Source: Candidatus Aminicenantes bacterium
Lineage (GTDB): Bacteria > Acidobacteriota > Aminicenantia > Aminicenantales > Saccharicenantaceae
NCBI GenBank assembly: GCA_041320535.1
Contig: JBGLNH010000001.1
Location: 1,022,253-1,086,252 of the forward strand
DNA length: 64,000 nt
Reading direction: 5' to 3'
Position 1 is the first letter of the stretch, and every line of letters starts with the position of its first letter. This document shows positions 10,542 to 20,459 of this stretch, in pieces. Below the pieces are notes generated by a model. It was not told where the DNA came from and did no database searches. It saw only the letters and a list, made by a program, of their open reading frames with translations. Position numbers and translations under genes: made by a program.

Positions 10542-10570
10542 TTGACCTCGTCCGGCGAAATGGGTATGTT
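10542..10570 (+). promoter_or_regulatory. sigma70-like promoter
   Basis: TTGACC-N17-TATGTT upstream of the M14 peptidase; GGAGGAGG SD before ATG 10607. Confidence 0.5.
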
Positions 10571-10606
10571 CCCAGACATCACCGTGTTTCCCGGAGGAGG
10601 ACATCC

Positions 10607-13534
10607 ATGACCCCCACGACCCGAAAGCCCCGCATCGGCCTGGCCCTCGCCCTGGCCGTCGCCTTCGCCCTCGGCCCGGCCCTCGCGCCGGCCCTGGCCC
10701 AGCAGAAGGTCCACGAAGAGTACACCAAGAAGATCAAGGAGTTCACGACCGATACCCACTTCGCCACGAAATACGTCGACTATCTTCCCTACGCCGAGGG
10801 CGTCCCGACGCCGCTCGAGGTCCTCGGACGCATCGCCGGGGCCAAGGACGTCTTGAGCTACTCGTCCGAGGTCTACAAATACATGAGGGCCCTGGCCGCG
10901 GCCACGCCGCGGGTCAAGGTCTTCGACGTCGGCAAGACCGAGGAAGGGCGCGACTGGATCGTCGTCGCCGTCGCCGACGAGCAGACCATCCGCGACCTCG
11001 ACAAGTACAAGGCCATCAGCGCCAAGCTGGCCGACCCCCGCAAGCTGGGCGAGGCCGAGGCGCGGGACCTCCTCAAGCAGGCCAAGCCCTTCTACTGGGC
11101 CACCGGCGGCCTGCACTCCGGGGAGACGGGCTCGGTCGAGATGCTCATGGAGCTCGCCTATCGCGTCGCCGTCGACGAGTCCCCGTTCATCAAGACGATC
11201 CGCGACAACGCCATCGTCCTCATCACCCCGATCCTCGAGGTCGACGGCCGCGACAAGCAGGTCGATGTCCACATGGCCAAGCGCAAGGACCCCAAGGCCG
11301 ACGTCCCCAACCGGCTCGTGTGGTGGGGCAAGTACGTCTCCCACGACAACAACCGCGACAACCTCGGCCTGTCCCTGGCCCTGAGCCGGTACGTCATGAA
11401 GGTCTTCTTCGACTTCCACCCCCTGGTCATGCACGACCTCCACGAATCCATCGCCTACCTCTACATCTCCACCGGGACCGGGCCCTACAACGCCTGGCTC
11501 GACCCCATCACGGTCGACGAGTGGAACCTCCTGGCCTACCGCGAGGTCAACGAGATGACCAGGGCGGGCGTCCCGGGCGTCTGGACCCACGGCTTCTACG
11601 ACGGCTGGGCCCCCAATTACGCCTTCTACGCGGCCAACGGCCACAACGCCATCGGCCGGTTCTACGAGACCCAGACCGCGGGCGACGGCTCGACCCGGGT
11701 CGTCTCCGCGTCGCCCGACCGGGCCTGGTACCGGCCCAACCCGCCGCTCCGCCAGACCCTCTGGTCCCTCCGCAACAACGTCAACCTCCAGCAGAGCGCC
11801 CTCCTCATCGGCATGAACCACGTCGCCTCGCTCAAGGACAGGTTCCTGGAGAGCTTCTATCTCAAGGGCAAGCGCTCCGTGGCCAAGGCCCGGGCCGAGG
11901 GCCCGGCGGCCTACGTCTTCCCCGGCGACGACCCGCGGCCCGGGCAGCAGGCCCGCCTGCTGCGCCAGCTCCAGGCCCAGGGCGTCGAGGTCCACAAGGC
12001 CGACCGGCCCTTCAAGGTCAAGGACGCCGAGTACCCGGCCGGCAGCTACGTCGTCCGCATGGACCAGCCCTATTCGCGCATGGCCGACCTGCTGCTCGAC
12101 CGGCAGTACTTCAACGTCAACGACCCGCGGCCCTACGACGACGTCGGTTGGACCCTTGCCCCGCTCTACAACGTCAGGAGCGCGCGCGTCGAGGACGTCG
12201 CCGTCCTGGACGCGGCGATGACGCTCGTCCAAGGCGAGGTCGCGGCGCCGGGCGGCGTCGTCCGCCTGGCCAAGGGCGCGGCCCAGGCCTATCTCGTCAA
12301 CCACAACGCCGACAACGTCCTGGCCACGTTCCGCTACAGGCGCCGGGACCTCAAGATCCAGGCGGCCGAGAAGGACTTCGAGGCCCAGGGCCGCAAGTTC
12401 CGGGCCGGCTCGTTCGTCATCAGGCCGGGCGACAACCCGGGCGACCTCGAGAAGGCCCTGGACGAGGCCGGAAAGTCGCTCGGCTTCGTCGCCGTCGCCG
12501 CGGCGGCCGTCCCCTCCGTACCCACGCACGAGGTCGGCGCGCCGCGCGTGGCGGTCATGCACACCTGGCAGAACACCCAGAACGAGGGCTGGCTCCGGAT
12601 CGCGCTCGACGAGTGCGGCATCCCCTACGACTACGTCTCGGTCCACGCCGCCCGCGACAACGCCAGGCTGCGCGACAAGTGGGACGTCATCATCTTCGGC
12701 CCCTCGTCGGGCGACGCGCTCTCGATCGTCAACGGCCTCAGCGGGGACAAGCCCCTGCCCTGGAAGAAGACCGAGCTCACACCGAACCTCGGCGCCGAGG
12801 ACTCGACCGACGACATGCGCGGCGGCCTCGAGCTCGACGGCGTCCTGCACCTCCGCGATTTCGTCAGGGACGGGGGCGTCTTCATCACCCTGACCTCGAG
12901 CTCCGTCCTGCCCATCCACTTCGGGCTGGCCCAGGGCCTCTCGATCCGCGACACGCCGAACCTCTGGGCCCGGGGCGGCGTCTACAAGGCCGAGGTCGGG
13001 GACCGGACCAGCCCTCTGGCCTACGGCTACGACGACGCGGTCGGCGTCTACTTCTCCCAGTCGCCCGTCTTCGCCGCGGGCGGCATGGGCGGCCGGGCCA
13101 TGGGCATGATGCCGGGGATGGGCGGAGCCGCCCCGGGGCGCGTTTCGGGCCGCGGCAGCGCGAGCGACCCCGACATCCCGCAGGGGCGGGCCCGGGACCT
13201 CGGCCAGAAGACGATCGAGGAGTTCCGCAAGGCCGAGAAGGACGCCGCCCGGGCCACGGCCGAAGAGGGCCCGCGCCAGGCCATGGCGCCGGCCGCCCGG
13301 GCCAGGATCGTCGTCAGCTTCGCCCGCAAGGCCGACGACCTCCTCATCAGCGGCGGATTGGCCGGGGGCGAGGCGCTGGCCGGGGCCCCGGCCCTGGCCG
13401 ACGCGACGATCGGCAAGGGCCACGTCGTCATGTTCAGCTTCAACCCGACCTGGCGGAGCCAGACGCAAGGCTCTTATTTCTTCCTTTTCAACGCGTTATT
13501 GAACTGGAGGAACCTCGACGCCAAGCCGAAGTAG
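10607..13534 (+). CDS. Secreted M14-family zinc carboxypeptidase with C-terminal GATase-like domain
   Basis: Signal peptide, HSGE (HxxE), HDNNRD, HDLHE; start ATG 10607 with strong SD. Confidence 0.85.
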   Translation: MTPTTRKPRIGLALALAVAFALGPALAPALAQQKVHEEYTKKIKEFTTDTHFATKYVDYLPYAEGVPTPLEVLGRIAGAKDVLSYSSEVYKYMRALAAATPRVKVFDVGKTEEGRDWIVVAVADEQTIRDLDKYKAISAKLADPRKLGEAEARDLLKQAKPFYWATGGLHSGETGSVEMLMELAYRVAVDESPFIKTIRDNAIVLITPILEVDGRDKQVDVHMAKRKDPKADVPNRLVWWGKYVSHDNNRDNLGLSLALSRYVMKVFFDFHPLVMHDLHESIAYLYISTGTGPYNAWLDPITVDEWNLLAYREVNEMTRAGVPGVWTHGFYDGWAPNYAFYAANGHNAIGRFYETQTAGDGSTRVVSASPDRAWYRPNPPLRQTLWSLRNNVNLQQSALLIGMNHVASLKDRFLESFYLKGKRSVAKARAEGPAAYVFPGDDPRPGQQARLLRQLQAQGVEVHKADRPFKVKDAEYPAGSYVVRMDQPYSRMADLLLDRQYFNVNDPRPYDDVGWTLAPLYNVRSARVEDVAVLDAAMTLVQGEVAAPGGVVRLAKGAAQAYLVNHNADNVLATFRYRRRDLKIQAAEKDFEAQGRKFRAGSFVIRPGDNPGDLEKALDEAGKSLGFVAVAAAAVPSVPTHEVGAPRVAVMHTWQNTQNEGWLRIALDECGIPYDYVSVHAARDNARLRDKWDVIIFGPSSGDALSIVNGLSGDKPLPWKKTELTPNLGAEDSTDDMRGGLELDGVLHLRDFVRDGGVFITLTSSSVLPIHFGLAQGLSIRDTPNLWARGGVYKAEVGDRTSPLAYGYDDAVGVYFSQSPVFAAGGMGGRAMGMMPGMGGAAPGRVSGRGSASDPDIPQGRARDLGQKTIEEFRKAEKDAARATAEEGPRQAMAPAARARIVVSFARKADDLLISGGLAGGEALAGAPALADATIGKGHVVMFSFNPTWRSQTQGSYFFLFNALLNWRNLDAKPK

Positions 13535-13568
13535 ACCTCGGGGAGACCCCGGGAACATGTCCGGCCGC

Positions 13569-13597
13569 GGGGACATGTACCTAAGGTACGTGTCCCC
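13569..13597. repeat. REP-like palindrome family C, copy 1
   Basis: GGGGACATGTACCTAAGGTACGTGTCCCC; related copy at 47760-47792. Confidence 0.7.
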
Positions 13598-13692
13598 ATT
13601 GACAGGCGCACCCGTTCGTCCGGGAACATCTCCGGCCGTTCGTACGTATCATAGGGCGTAGCCCGACATCCGTTTCCGCTTTTGGAGGCATC

Positions 13693-14097
13693 ATGAACAA
13701 GCTCGTCGCAAGGTCCGTCCTGGCGCTCTTGGCCCTGGCCTGCCTGGCCGGCCTCGCGGTCGCCCAGGCCGCTCCTCAAGCCGCCGCGAAAGACAAGCCC
13801 GTCGACATGAAGAAGCTCATCGCCGAGATCGTCGGCGATTACGACTTCTCCTTCCAGGGCCAGTCGCTGCTCGTCCAATTCATCGAGCAGGACGGCAAGC
13901 TCTTCGGCGCCCCTCCGGGGGAGACGCCCGAGGAGATCCACCCCGTCGAGGGCAAGCCCCTCTGCTTCGACGTCACGGTGGCGGCGAGCGGCGACTACTA
14001 CGAGCTGCAGTTCGTCCGCAACGACCAGGGCGCGATCGACAAGTGCGTCATGTCCGTCCAGGGCATGGTCATCGAGGGCTACAAGGTCAAGAAGTAG
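13693..14097 (+). CDS. Small secreted hypothetical protein
   Basis: GGAGG SD, signal peptide ending AVA-QA, codon usage typical of the window. Confidence 0.75.
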   Translation: MNKLVARSVLALLALACLAGLAVAQAAPQAAAKDKPVDMKKLIAEIVGDYDFSFQGQSLLVQFIEQDGKLFGAPPGETPEEIHPVEGKPLCFDVTVAASGDYYELQFVRNDQGAIDKCVMSVQGMVIEGYKVKK

Positions 14098-14110
14098 GCC
14101 TCCCGTCTCC

Positions 14111-14139
14111 TTGACAGGCTCCGGCCCGAAAGCTATCAT
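14111..14139 (+). promoter_or_regulatory. sigma70 promoter of efpL
   Basis: TTGACA-N17-TATCAT. Confidence 0.7.
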
Positions 14140-14192
14140 CTTACCCCGGTCGCGAGGGGGGTCGCGGTGGGAGCGAGAGTCGAGGAGCGCCC

Positions 14193-14759
14193 GTGTTCAA
14201 CGCATCCGACCTGAAGAAAGGCGACGTCGTCAAGATCGACGGCGACCCGCACATCGTCGAGACGGTCAAGGTCCAGACGCCGTCCGCGCGCGGCGCGGTG
14301 ACCCTCTATAAGATCCGCTTCCGCAACCTCCAGACGAAGCGCAAGATCGACCAGGCGCTCCGGGGCGACGAGGTGCTCCCCGAGGCCGATTTCGAGCGCC
14401 GGCCGGTCCAGTGGCTCTACGGCGACGCCGGGAGCGTCACCTTCATGGACCTCCAGGACTACGGCCAGTTCACGCTGGCGAAGGAGGAGATCGAGGACGA
14501 GTGGCCCTACCTCACCGAAGGCATGGAGGGTCTCATCGCCATCTCGTCCGAGGGCCGGGTCCTGGGCCTGGAGATCCCGACGTTCGTCACCCTGGAGATC
14601 GTCGAGACGCGGCCTTCGGTCAAGGGCGGTTCGGTCACGGCCCGGACGAAGCCGGCGACGCTCTCGACCGGCCTCGTCGTCCAGGTCCCCGAGTACATGG
14701 CGGCCGGGGAGGCGATCCGGGTCGACACGCGGACCGGGGAGTACGCCTCCAAGGCCTGA
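14193..14759 (+). CDS. efpL: Elongation factor P-like protein (EfpL/YeiP)
   Basis: EF-P fold motifs (FMD, KPATLSTG, VPEY, VDTRTGEY) with loop TPSARG instead of PGKG. Confidence 0.8.
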   Translation: MFNASDLKKGDVVKIDGDPHIVETVKVQTPSARGAVTLYKIRFRNLQTKRKIDQALRGDEVLPEADFERRPVQWLYGDAGSVTFMDLQDYGQFTLAKEEIEDEWPYLTEGMEGLIAISSEGRVLGLEIPTFVTLEIVETRPSVKGGSVTARTKPATLSTGLVVQVPEYMAAGEAIRVDTRTGEYASKA

Positions 14760-14760
14760 A

Positions 14761-14787
14761 GGGACCGTCCACCGGCGGGACGGTCCC
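14761..14787 (+). terminator. Hairpin directly after efpL (no clear U-tract)
   Basis: GGGACCGTCC-ACCGGC-GGGACGGTCCC. Confidence 0.35.
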
Positions 14788-14884
14788 TCTGATCTCTTGA
14801 GATGAAGAACAAAGGCTACCATTACCCCGACCGCGTTCCCCGCGAGGACGAAGGACTGTCGGTCGCGGCCTTCTACTCGCTTCG

Positions 14885-16126
14885 TTACCGCCATTCCTCG
14901 GAAGCCGAGAAGGCGTCGTCCCAGGTGTGCATGCCCTGGAGTCCTGAGCGGCCGAAGACCTCCTTCCTCCTCACCGAGCCCTTCATGTCGAAGCCCGGCT
15001 CGCCGACGACGATGAGGTCGGGGCCTTTGGCCACGTGGGGCCCGGAGTAGACCTCCTCGGCGAAGAAGACCTTGCGAACGACGCGGCGGCCCTGGTATTC
15101 GAGCTTCTCGAGCTTGGCCGCGATCTCCTGCTTGAGCGCTCTGCGGGCCGAGCGCTCGACCGTCCCCTTGGGGAACTTGTTCTTGAGATTGAGGTAGATG
15201 CGGTTGGGATCGAGGGCGAAGGCCTTGGTCCGGCCGTGGATGTCCTCGAGGCTTTCGGGCTCGGGTCTGAGGAACCTCAGGTAGCCGTGCTTCTCTAGCC
15301 AGGCGTTGAGGTAGACCTCCTGGACGATGCCGGTGAAGCCGTGGTCGGACAGGATGTAGAAGCCGTCGTAGGTGTTGGCGATCTTGTGGTAGGCGGCGAC
15401 GATCTTGCCGATGAGACGGTCGATGTGCCGGTAGAAATCGAGGAAGCTCTGGTGGGAGGGGTGGGACGGGTCCTCGTAGGCCCGCCAGAGGAAGTGGTGG
15501 AGGCGGTCGGTGCCCGTCACCACGAACTCGAAGTAATCCCAGGGCTCCTCCCAGAAGAAGTTCAGGGCCTTCTGGCGGCCGGCCATCGTCTTGCCCAGCT
15601 CCTGCCAGAGGACCTCGGGGCTTTCCCGGCATTTGACGATGTCGACGTCGATCTGGTAGCCCATCTGCTCCAGGACCGCCCGGTAGCTCATCGGCCAGAC
15701 CGCCTTGGCCAGCTCCAGGGCGACGAACCCGGAGACAAGGACGCCCTCGAGCTCCCGGGCGGGATAGGTCGAAGGCTGGTTGATGATGATGCTCTTCTTG
15801 CCTTTGGCTCCGAGCTTGTCCCAGATGGTCGGGGCCTTGACGTCGAGGAAATTGGGATAGCGGACGGCGTAGGACTTGGGCTTGAAGTCGGTGAAGCCGA
15901 AGACGCCGTGGGTCCCGGCGTCCGTCCCGGTCATGAAGTCGGTCCAGGAGACCGCGGAGATTTCGGGCAGGCTGGCCCTCATCCGGTGGATCTTGCCGAT
16001 GTCCATGAGCCGGGCCATGGTCGACATGATGCCCCGCTGGGCCAGCTCGACGATCATGCCGTAGGGGACGCCGTCGAGGCCAATGACGCAGGCCCGCCCC
16101 GTCTTTTTTCGCTTTGGAACGGTCAT
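14885..16126 (-). CDS. Alkaline-phosphatase-superfamily (type I phosphodiesterase/nucleotide pyrophosphatase) protein, 3'-truncated
   Basis: IGLDG, PEISAVSW, HGVFGF, TDRLHH, LSDHGF, GMH; ends a few residues after TWDDAF, at a junction. Confidence 0.8.
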   Translation of the reverse strand: MTVPKRKKTGRACVIGLDGVPYGMIVELAQRGIMSTMARLMDIGKIHRMRASLPEISAVSWTDFMTGTDAGTHGVFGFTDFKPKSYAVRYPNFLDVKAPTIWDKLGAKGKKSIIINQPSTYPARELEGVLVSGFVALELAKAVWPMSYRAVLEQMGYQIDVDIVKCRESPEVLWQELGKTMAGRQKALNFFWEEPWDYFEFVVTGTDRLHHFLWRAYEDPSHPSHQSFLDFYRHIDRLIGKIVAAYHKIANTYDGFYILSDHGFTGIVQEVYLNAWLEKHGYLRFLRPEPESLEDIHGRTKAFALDPNRIYLNLKNKFPKGTVERSARRALKQEIAAKLEKLEYQGRRVVRKVFFAEEVYSGPHVAKGPDLIVVGEPGFDMKGSVRRKEVFGRSGLQGMHTWDDAFSASEEWR

Positions 16127-16276
16127 GACCGGTCTTTTTACCCTCCCACGACGGTCAGAACGGTTATTTTACCTCAAGCCTCCCTTCCGGTCAATCGCCG
16201 GGAGGCGGCCGGACCCCGAGAGAGGTTGACTTTGCCGGGGCCAAGGCGTTTAATGATGCCTTATCCGAGAGGACCC

Positions 16277-17677
16277 ATGAGCGCATACGACAGGCTTCGC
16301 GACCGCCTTCTCAGGGACTACCGCAAGAGGACGGCCAAGAGCCGGGCCATCTTCCGCCGGGCCGAAAAGACCATGGTCAAGGGGGGGAGCCACACGATCC
16401 GGCTCTGGTCGCCCTATCCGTTCTTCGCCGCTTCCGCCGAGGGCGCGACCGTCCGGGACGTCGACGGGAACACCTATATCGACTACTGGCAGGGCCACTA
16501 CGCCAATATCCTCGGGCATAATCCGCGGCCCATCCTGCGCGAGATGGCCGCCTGCTTGCGCCAAGGGGGGCTGCACACCGGCTTCGAGGCCGCGAGCCAG
16601 ATCGAGCTCGCGGAGATCCTGGCCGGGGGCCTCGGGGGCGGGGACATCAAGGTCCGCTTCACCACCTCCGGGACCCTGGCCGCGATGTACGCCGTCATGC
16701 TGGCCCAAGGACTGACAGGACGGGACCTCGTCCTCAAGGTCGGAGGGGGCTGGCACGGGGCCTCGCCCTACCTACTCAAGGGCGTCAAATTCCACGCCGG
16801 CGAGGGCTTCGAGGGGCGCGAGTCGGCCGGGCTCCTCGACGACATCGTCCGCCGGACGCTCGTCACCCGGTTCAACGACGCCGAAGACCTGAGACGGACG
16901 ATCGGGGCCCACGGCGACCGCATCGCCTGCTTCATCGTCGAGCCCTTCCTCGGCGTCGGCGGGTTCCTCCCGGCCTCCCGGGAATATCTCGAGCTGGCCC
17001 GGGACCTGACCGCGGCCCGGGGCATCATCCTCATCTTCGACGAGATCATCTCCGGGTACAGGTTCTGCCCCGCCGGCGTCCAGGACCTCTACGGCGTCCG
17101 GCCCGACCTGACGACCTTCGGCAAGATCATCGGCGGCGGGCACGCCGTTTCCGCGGTGGCCGGCCCGGCCGACGTCATGGAGGAGTGCGAGCGGGGCCGC
17201 GGCGGCCGGGGCCGGGTCTTCTTCGAGGGCGGGACGTTCTCGGGGCACGCGGAGTACACGCGGGCCGGTCTGGCCATGCTCCGGCGGCTGGCCTCGTCCG
17301 CCGGGACGGTCTACCCCCGGATCGCCCGGGCGGGCGACAGGCTGCGCCGGGGCATCGAGGGCGTCTTCGCGGAGGCCGGCGTCCCGGTCCGGACGACCGG
17401 GGACGGCAACGAGGTCGTCCCGGGGAGCTCGCTCTTCATGGTCCACTTCCCCCGGGAAAAGGGAATGGCCTACGACCGCCCGGAGGACATCCACGACGGC
17501 CGCCGCTCGGACGCCGCTCTCCGGGAGGAGATCCTGAAGCTGGCCCTTCTCGTCAACGGGGTCAACATCGTTCACGGCGGCGGGGCCGTCTCCGCGGCCC
17601 ACGGAGAGCGGGAGATCGAGGCGACGATCGCCGCCTACGGCGAGGCGGCGCGCCTGATCAGGAAATACCTGTACTGA
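16277..17677 (+). CDS. Class III PLP aminotransferase (HemL/GSA-aminomutase-like)
   Basis: DVDGNTYID, GGWHG, FDEIISGYR, TTFGKIIGGG (PLP Lys), GTFSG. Confidence 0.82.
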   Translation: MSAYDRLRDRLLRDYRKRTAKSRAIFRRAEKTMVKGGSHTIRLWSPYPFFAASAEGATVRDVDGNTYIDYWQGHYANILGHNPRPILREMAACLRQGGLHTGFEAASQIELAEILAGGLGGGDIKVRFTTSGTLAAMYAVMLAQGLTGRDLVLKVGGGWHGASPYLLKGVKFHAGEGFEGRESAGLLDDIVRRTLVTRFNDAEDLRRTIGAHGDRIACFIVEPFLGVGGFLPASREYLELARDLTAARGIILIFDEIISGYRFCPAGVQDLYGVRPDLTTFGKIIGGGHAVSAVAGPADVMEECERGRGGRGRVFFEGGTFSGHAEYTRAGLAMLRRLASSAGTVYPRIARAGDRLRRGIEGVFAEAGVPVRTTGDGNEVVPGSSLFMVHFPREKGMAYDRPEDIHDGRRSDAALREEILKLALLVNGVNIVHGGGAVSAAHGEREIEATIAAYGEAARLIRKYLY

Positions 17678-17690
17678 GCGTCGGGGACGG

Positions 17691-20393
17691 TCAGCCGTCC
17701 GTCCTCGACTCGAATACGTACTCGCCGCTCCCGACCTTGAAGATCGCCCACTTCCCTCCGTCGCCCGCGAGCGCGATCCCGTCCGCCTCCCCGACGGCCC
17801 GGCCCGCCCGCCAGATCGTCCGTCCCGATTCGCCGATCCTGGCTCCCGGCCCGAGAACGGGCACGTGGATCTCGCCGCTCGCGCCGACGGGGATGGAGAC
17901 GCGCAGAGAGAGCGCCGCCCCGTTCCTCGACCAGGCCGCGGCGACGGGGCCGGAGACGGTCTCGATCCGGGCCTCGACGGAGGTCAGGTCGCCGAGGACG
18001 TGGGGCCGGACGCGGACCGCCTTCCAGCCGGGAAGGAGAGGGGCCAAGCCGGCCAGGGCCCGGAAGAACCAGGCGTCGACGCTCCCGAGCATGATGTGGT
18101 TCTGGGAGTTCATGGCGTGGCCCGTGAGCTTTTCCCATCTCTCCCAGAGGGTCGTCGCGCCCTCGGCGATCATGTAGCCCCAGCCGGGATAGCTCTTGCG
18201 GGTGGCCACGCGGTAGGCCGTCTCCGCCGCGCCGTTCGCCGTGAGGACGTCGAGGATGTAGCGCGTGCCCAGGATGCCCGTGTCGACGTGATCATCATGG
18301 ATGCGGACGACGCTGTCGAGCAGGCTGGCCAGCACCTTGTCCTTCCTGTCGGCGGGGACCATGTCGAGGTACAGGGGCAGGGCGTTGGCCGTCTGGTCGG
18401 GGTGGTCGTCGACCGGGCTGACGCGGATGGCGGCGTACTGCGCCTCGCCGAGGAAGGTCTCGTTGAAGGCGCTTTTGACGGTCTCGGCCAGACGGGCGTA
18501 CTCGCGGGCGTCCTCCGCGCGGCCGAGGACCGCGGCCAGGCGCGAGACGGCGAGGAGGTCGTGATAGTAGAACCAGGTCGAGGTCAGCTCGACGGGGGTC
18601 TTCTTGGGGACGACGCTGCCCGGCGGGCACCAGTCGCCGTACTTGCCGAGCTTGCGGACGATGCCGCGGTCGGCGTTGCGGCCGAGGAAGTCGACGTACC
18701 GCTTGAGCGGGGCGTAATGGCGGGCGACGATCCGGGCGTCCCCGCAATGCTCCCAGTGGAGCAAGACGAGGACGGCGTAGGCCGCGCTCCAGGCCGGGTC
18801 GGCGGGGTAGAGCCTGGGGAGGTAGGGCGGGACGACGTCGGGCAGGCTGCCGTCCTCCTTCTGGGCCAGGCGGATGTCGTCCAGGAACTTGGCGTAGAAC
18901 GCGGCCATGTCGAAGTTGTAGAAGGCCTGTTCGGCCGCGAGGTGGGCGTCGCCGAGCCAGCCGTGCCGCTCGTCGCGCTGGGGGCAGTCGGTGGGGACGC
19001 TCATGAGGTTCGAGAGCTGGCCCCAGACGGTGTTGCGGTGGACGGCGTCGACGAGGGTGTTCGAGGTCCGGAGCTCGCCCGTCCTCGTCACGTCGGAATG
19101 GACGAAGCGGCCCATGAGGGCCTCGGGCCCCGGCTCGCCGGGATAGCCCGTCATCTCGACGAAGCGGAAGCCGTGATAGGTGAAGCGCGGCTCGTAGACC
19201 TCGGGCCCGCCGCCGCGGAGGACGTAGACGTCCGTGGCCTCGGCGTTCTCGTTGGGGCCGCGGTTGAGCGACCCGTCGTCGTTGAGGAGCTCGGCGTGGC
19301 GGAGGCGGACCTCCGTCCCCGCCGGGCCCTCGACGGCGAGGCGCGTCCAGCCGGTGAAGTTCTGCCCGAAGTCGTAGAGAAGGGCCCCTTCGGGAAGCCG
19401 GGTGACGGACCGCGGCGCCAGCGTCTCGGTCACCCGGACGGGCGGCATCATCTGGGAGACGAGCGGATAGCCGGGCACGAGGACGGCCTTCTCCCAGCCC
19501 TTGTCCTCGAAACCCGGCCGGTCCCAGCCGTCGATGAGGATGCGGGCGTCGTAGCGCTCGCCGTGGTAGAGGCCGTTCTCCTGCAGGGGGCCGGACGACG
19601 TCCGCCAGCTTTCGTCGGAAAAGAGGACCTCCCGTTCGCCGCTCTCGTACTCCACTTCGACTCGGCAGGTCAGGCGCGGCGTGTCGTAACCGTAGCTCTT
19701 GATGTGGCGGCCGTTCCCGAGGATGATCCCGATGGCGTTGCGGTCGCGGACGAGGGCGGTCACGTCGTGGGAGGCGTAGAGGGACCGCTTCTTGAAGTCC
19801 GTCCAGCCCGGATCGAGGACGCTCGTGCCGACCTTCTCGCCGTTCAGGCGCAGCTCGCAGTGGCCCAGGCCGGAGACGAAGACCATGGCCAGGGCGGCCC
19901 GTTCCTTGAGGGCGAACTCCCGCCGCAGGTAGACCGCGCAGGCCTGCGAGTCGTCGGCCCCCGCGTGGCCGAGGAGGACGGTGCCCTTGGAGCGGAACTC
20001 CCGGACCTCGCGGGGCGCGATCCACTTGGCCTTCCAGTCGCCCGGGTAGAGGAAGCCCGTCACGAACGTGGCCGGCTCGCTCCAGGGTGAGGGGACTCCC
20101 TCGCGGTCCCACCAGCGGGCCTTCCAGAAATAGCGGGCGCAGCTCGCCAGGGCCTCCCCGCGGTACTCGAGGGCCGGGAGCGCCGGGGGTTCGATCCGGC
20201 CGGTGTCCCAGAGGTCGCCGATGTCGCTCCGAAGCAGCTCGGCCGCCGACGAGACCAGGACCTGGACCGCCTTGGGGCCCTCGCCGCGAACGGGGCTCTC
20301 GAGACGCCAGGAGAGGAGGGGCGCGGCGAGGTCGACGCCCCGGGGCTCGTCGAGACGCTCGCAGCGGAGAAGGACGGGGGGGCGGGGCGGCAT
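17691..20393 (-). CDS. GH78 alpha-L-rhamnosidase
   Basis: PTDCPQRDERHGWLGD, YGDW, GATTLWERW, NSQNHIMLGSV. Confidence 0.9.
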   Translation of the reverse strand: MPPRPPVLLRCERLDEPRGVDLAAPLLSWRLESPVRGEGPKAVQVLVSSAAELLRSDIGDLWDTGRIEPPALPALEYRGEALASCARYFWKARWWDREGVPSPWSEPATFVTGFLYPGDWKAKWIAPREVREFRSKGTVLLGHAGADDSQACAVYLRREFALKERAALAMVFVSGLGHCELRLNGEKVGTSVLDPGWTDFKKRSLYASHDVTALVRDRNAIGIILGNGRHIKSYGYDTPRLTCRVEVEYESGEREVLFSDESWRTSSGPLQENGLYHGERYDARILIDGWDRPGFEDKGWEKAVLVPGYPLVSQMMPPVRVTETLAPRSVTRLPEGALLYDFGQNFTGWTRLAVEGPAGTEVRLRHAELLNDDGSLNRGPNENAEATDVYVLRGGGPEVYEPRFTYHGFRFVEMTGYPGEPGPEALMGRFVHSDVTRTGELRTSNTLVDAVHRNTVWGQLSNLMSVPTDCPQRDERHGWLGDAHLAAEQAFYNFDMAAFYAKFLDDIRLAQKEDGSLPDVVPPYLPRLYPADPAWSAAYAVLVLLHWEHCGDARIVARHYAPLKRYVDFLGRNADRGIVRKLGKYGDWCPPGSVVPKKTPVELTSTWFYYHDLLAVSRLAAVLGRAEDAREYARLAETVKSAFNETFLGEAQYAAIRVSPVDDHPDQTANALPLYLDMVPADRKDKVLASLLDSVVRIHDDHVDTGILGTRYILDVLTANGAAETAYRVATRKSYPGWGYMIAEGATTLWERWEKLTGHAMNSQNHIMLGSVDAWFFRALAGLAPLLPGWKAVRVRPHVLGDLTSVEARIETVSGPVAAAWSRNGAALSLRVSIPVGASGEIHVPVLGPGARIGESGRTIWRAGRAVGEADGIALAGDGGKWAIFKVGSGEYVFESRTDG

Positions 20394-20459
20394 GTCGGAC
20401 CTCCTCGGATAACCTGTCGGGCATTATAAGGGAAATCCCCGCCGCCGGCCAACCGGCCG

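Noticed and set aside
42-13468. Long antisense or alternate-frame ORFs (e.g. 42..2570, 2578..5418, 8525..13468, and 39688..43479 further on)
   Set aside because: These are shadow ORFs typical of about 70% GC DNA; they overlap well-supported genes and carry no motifs.
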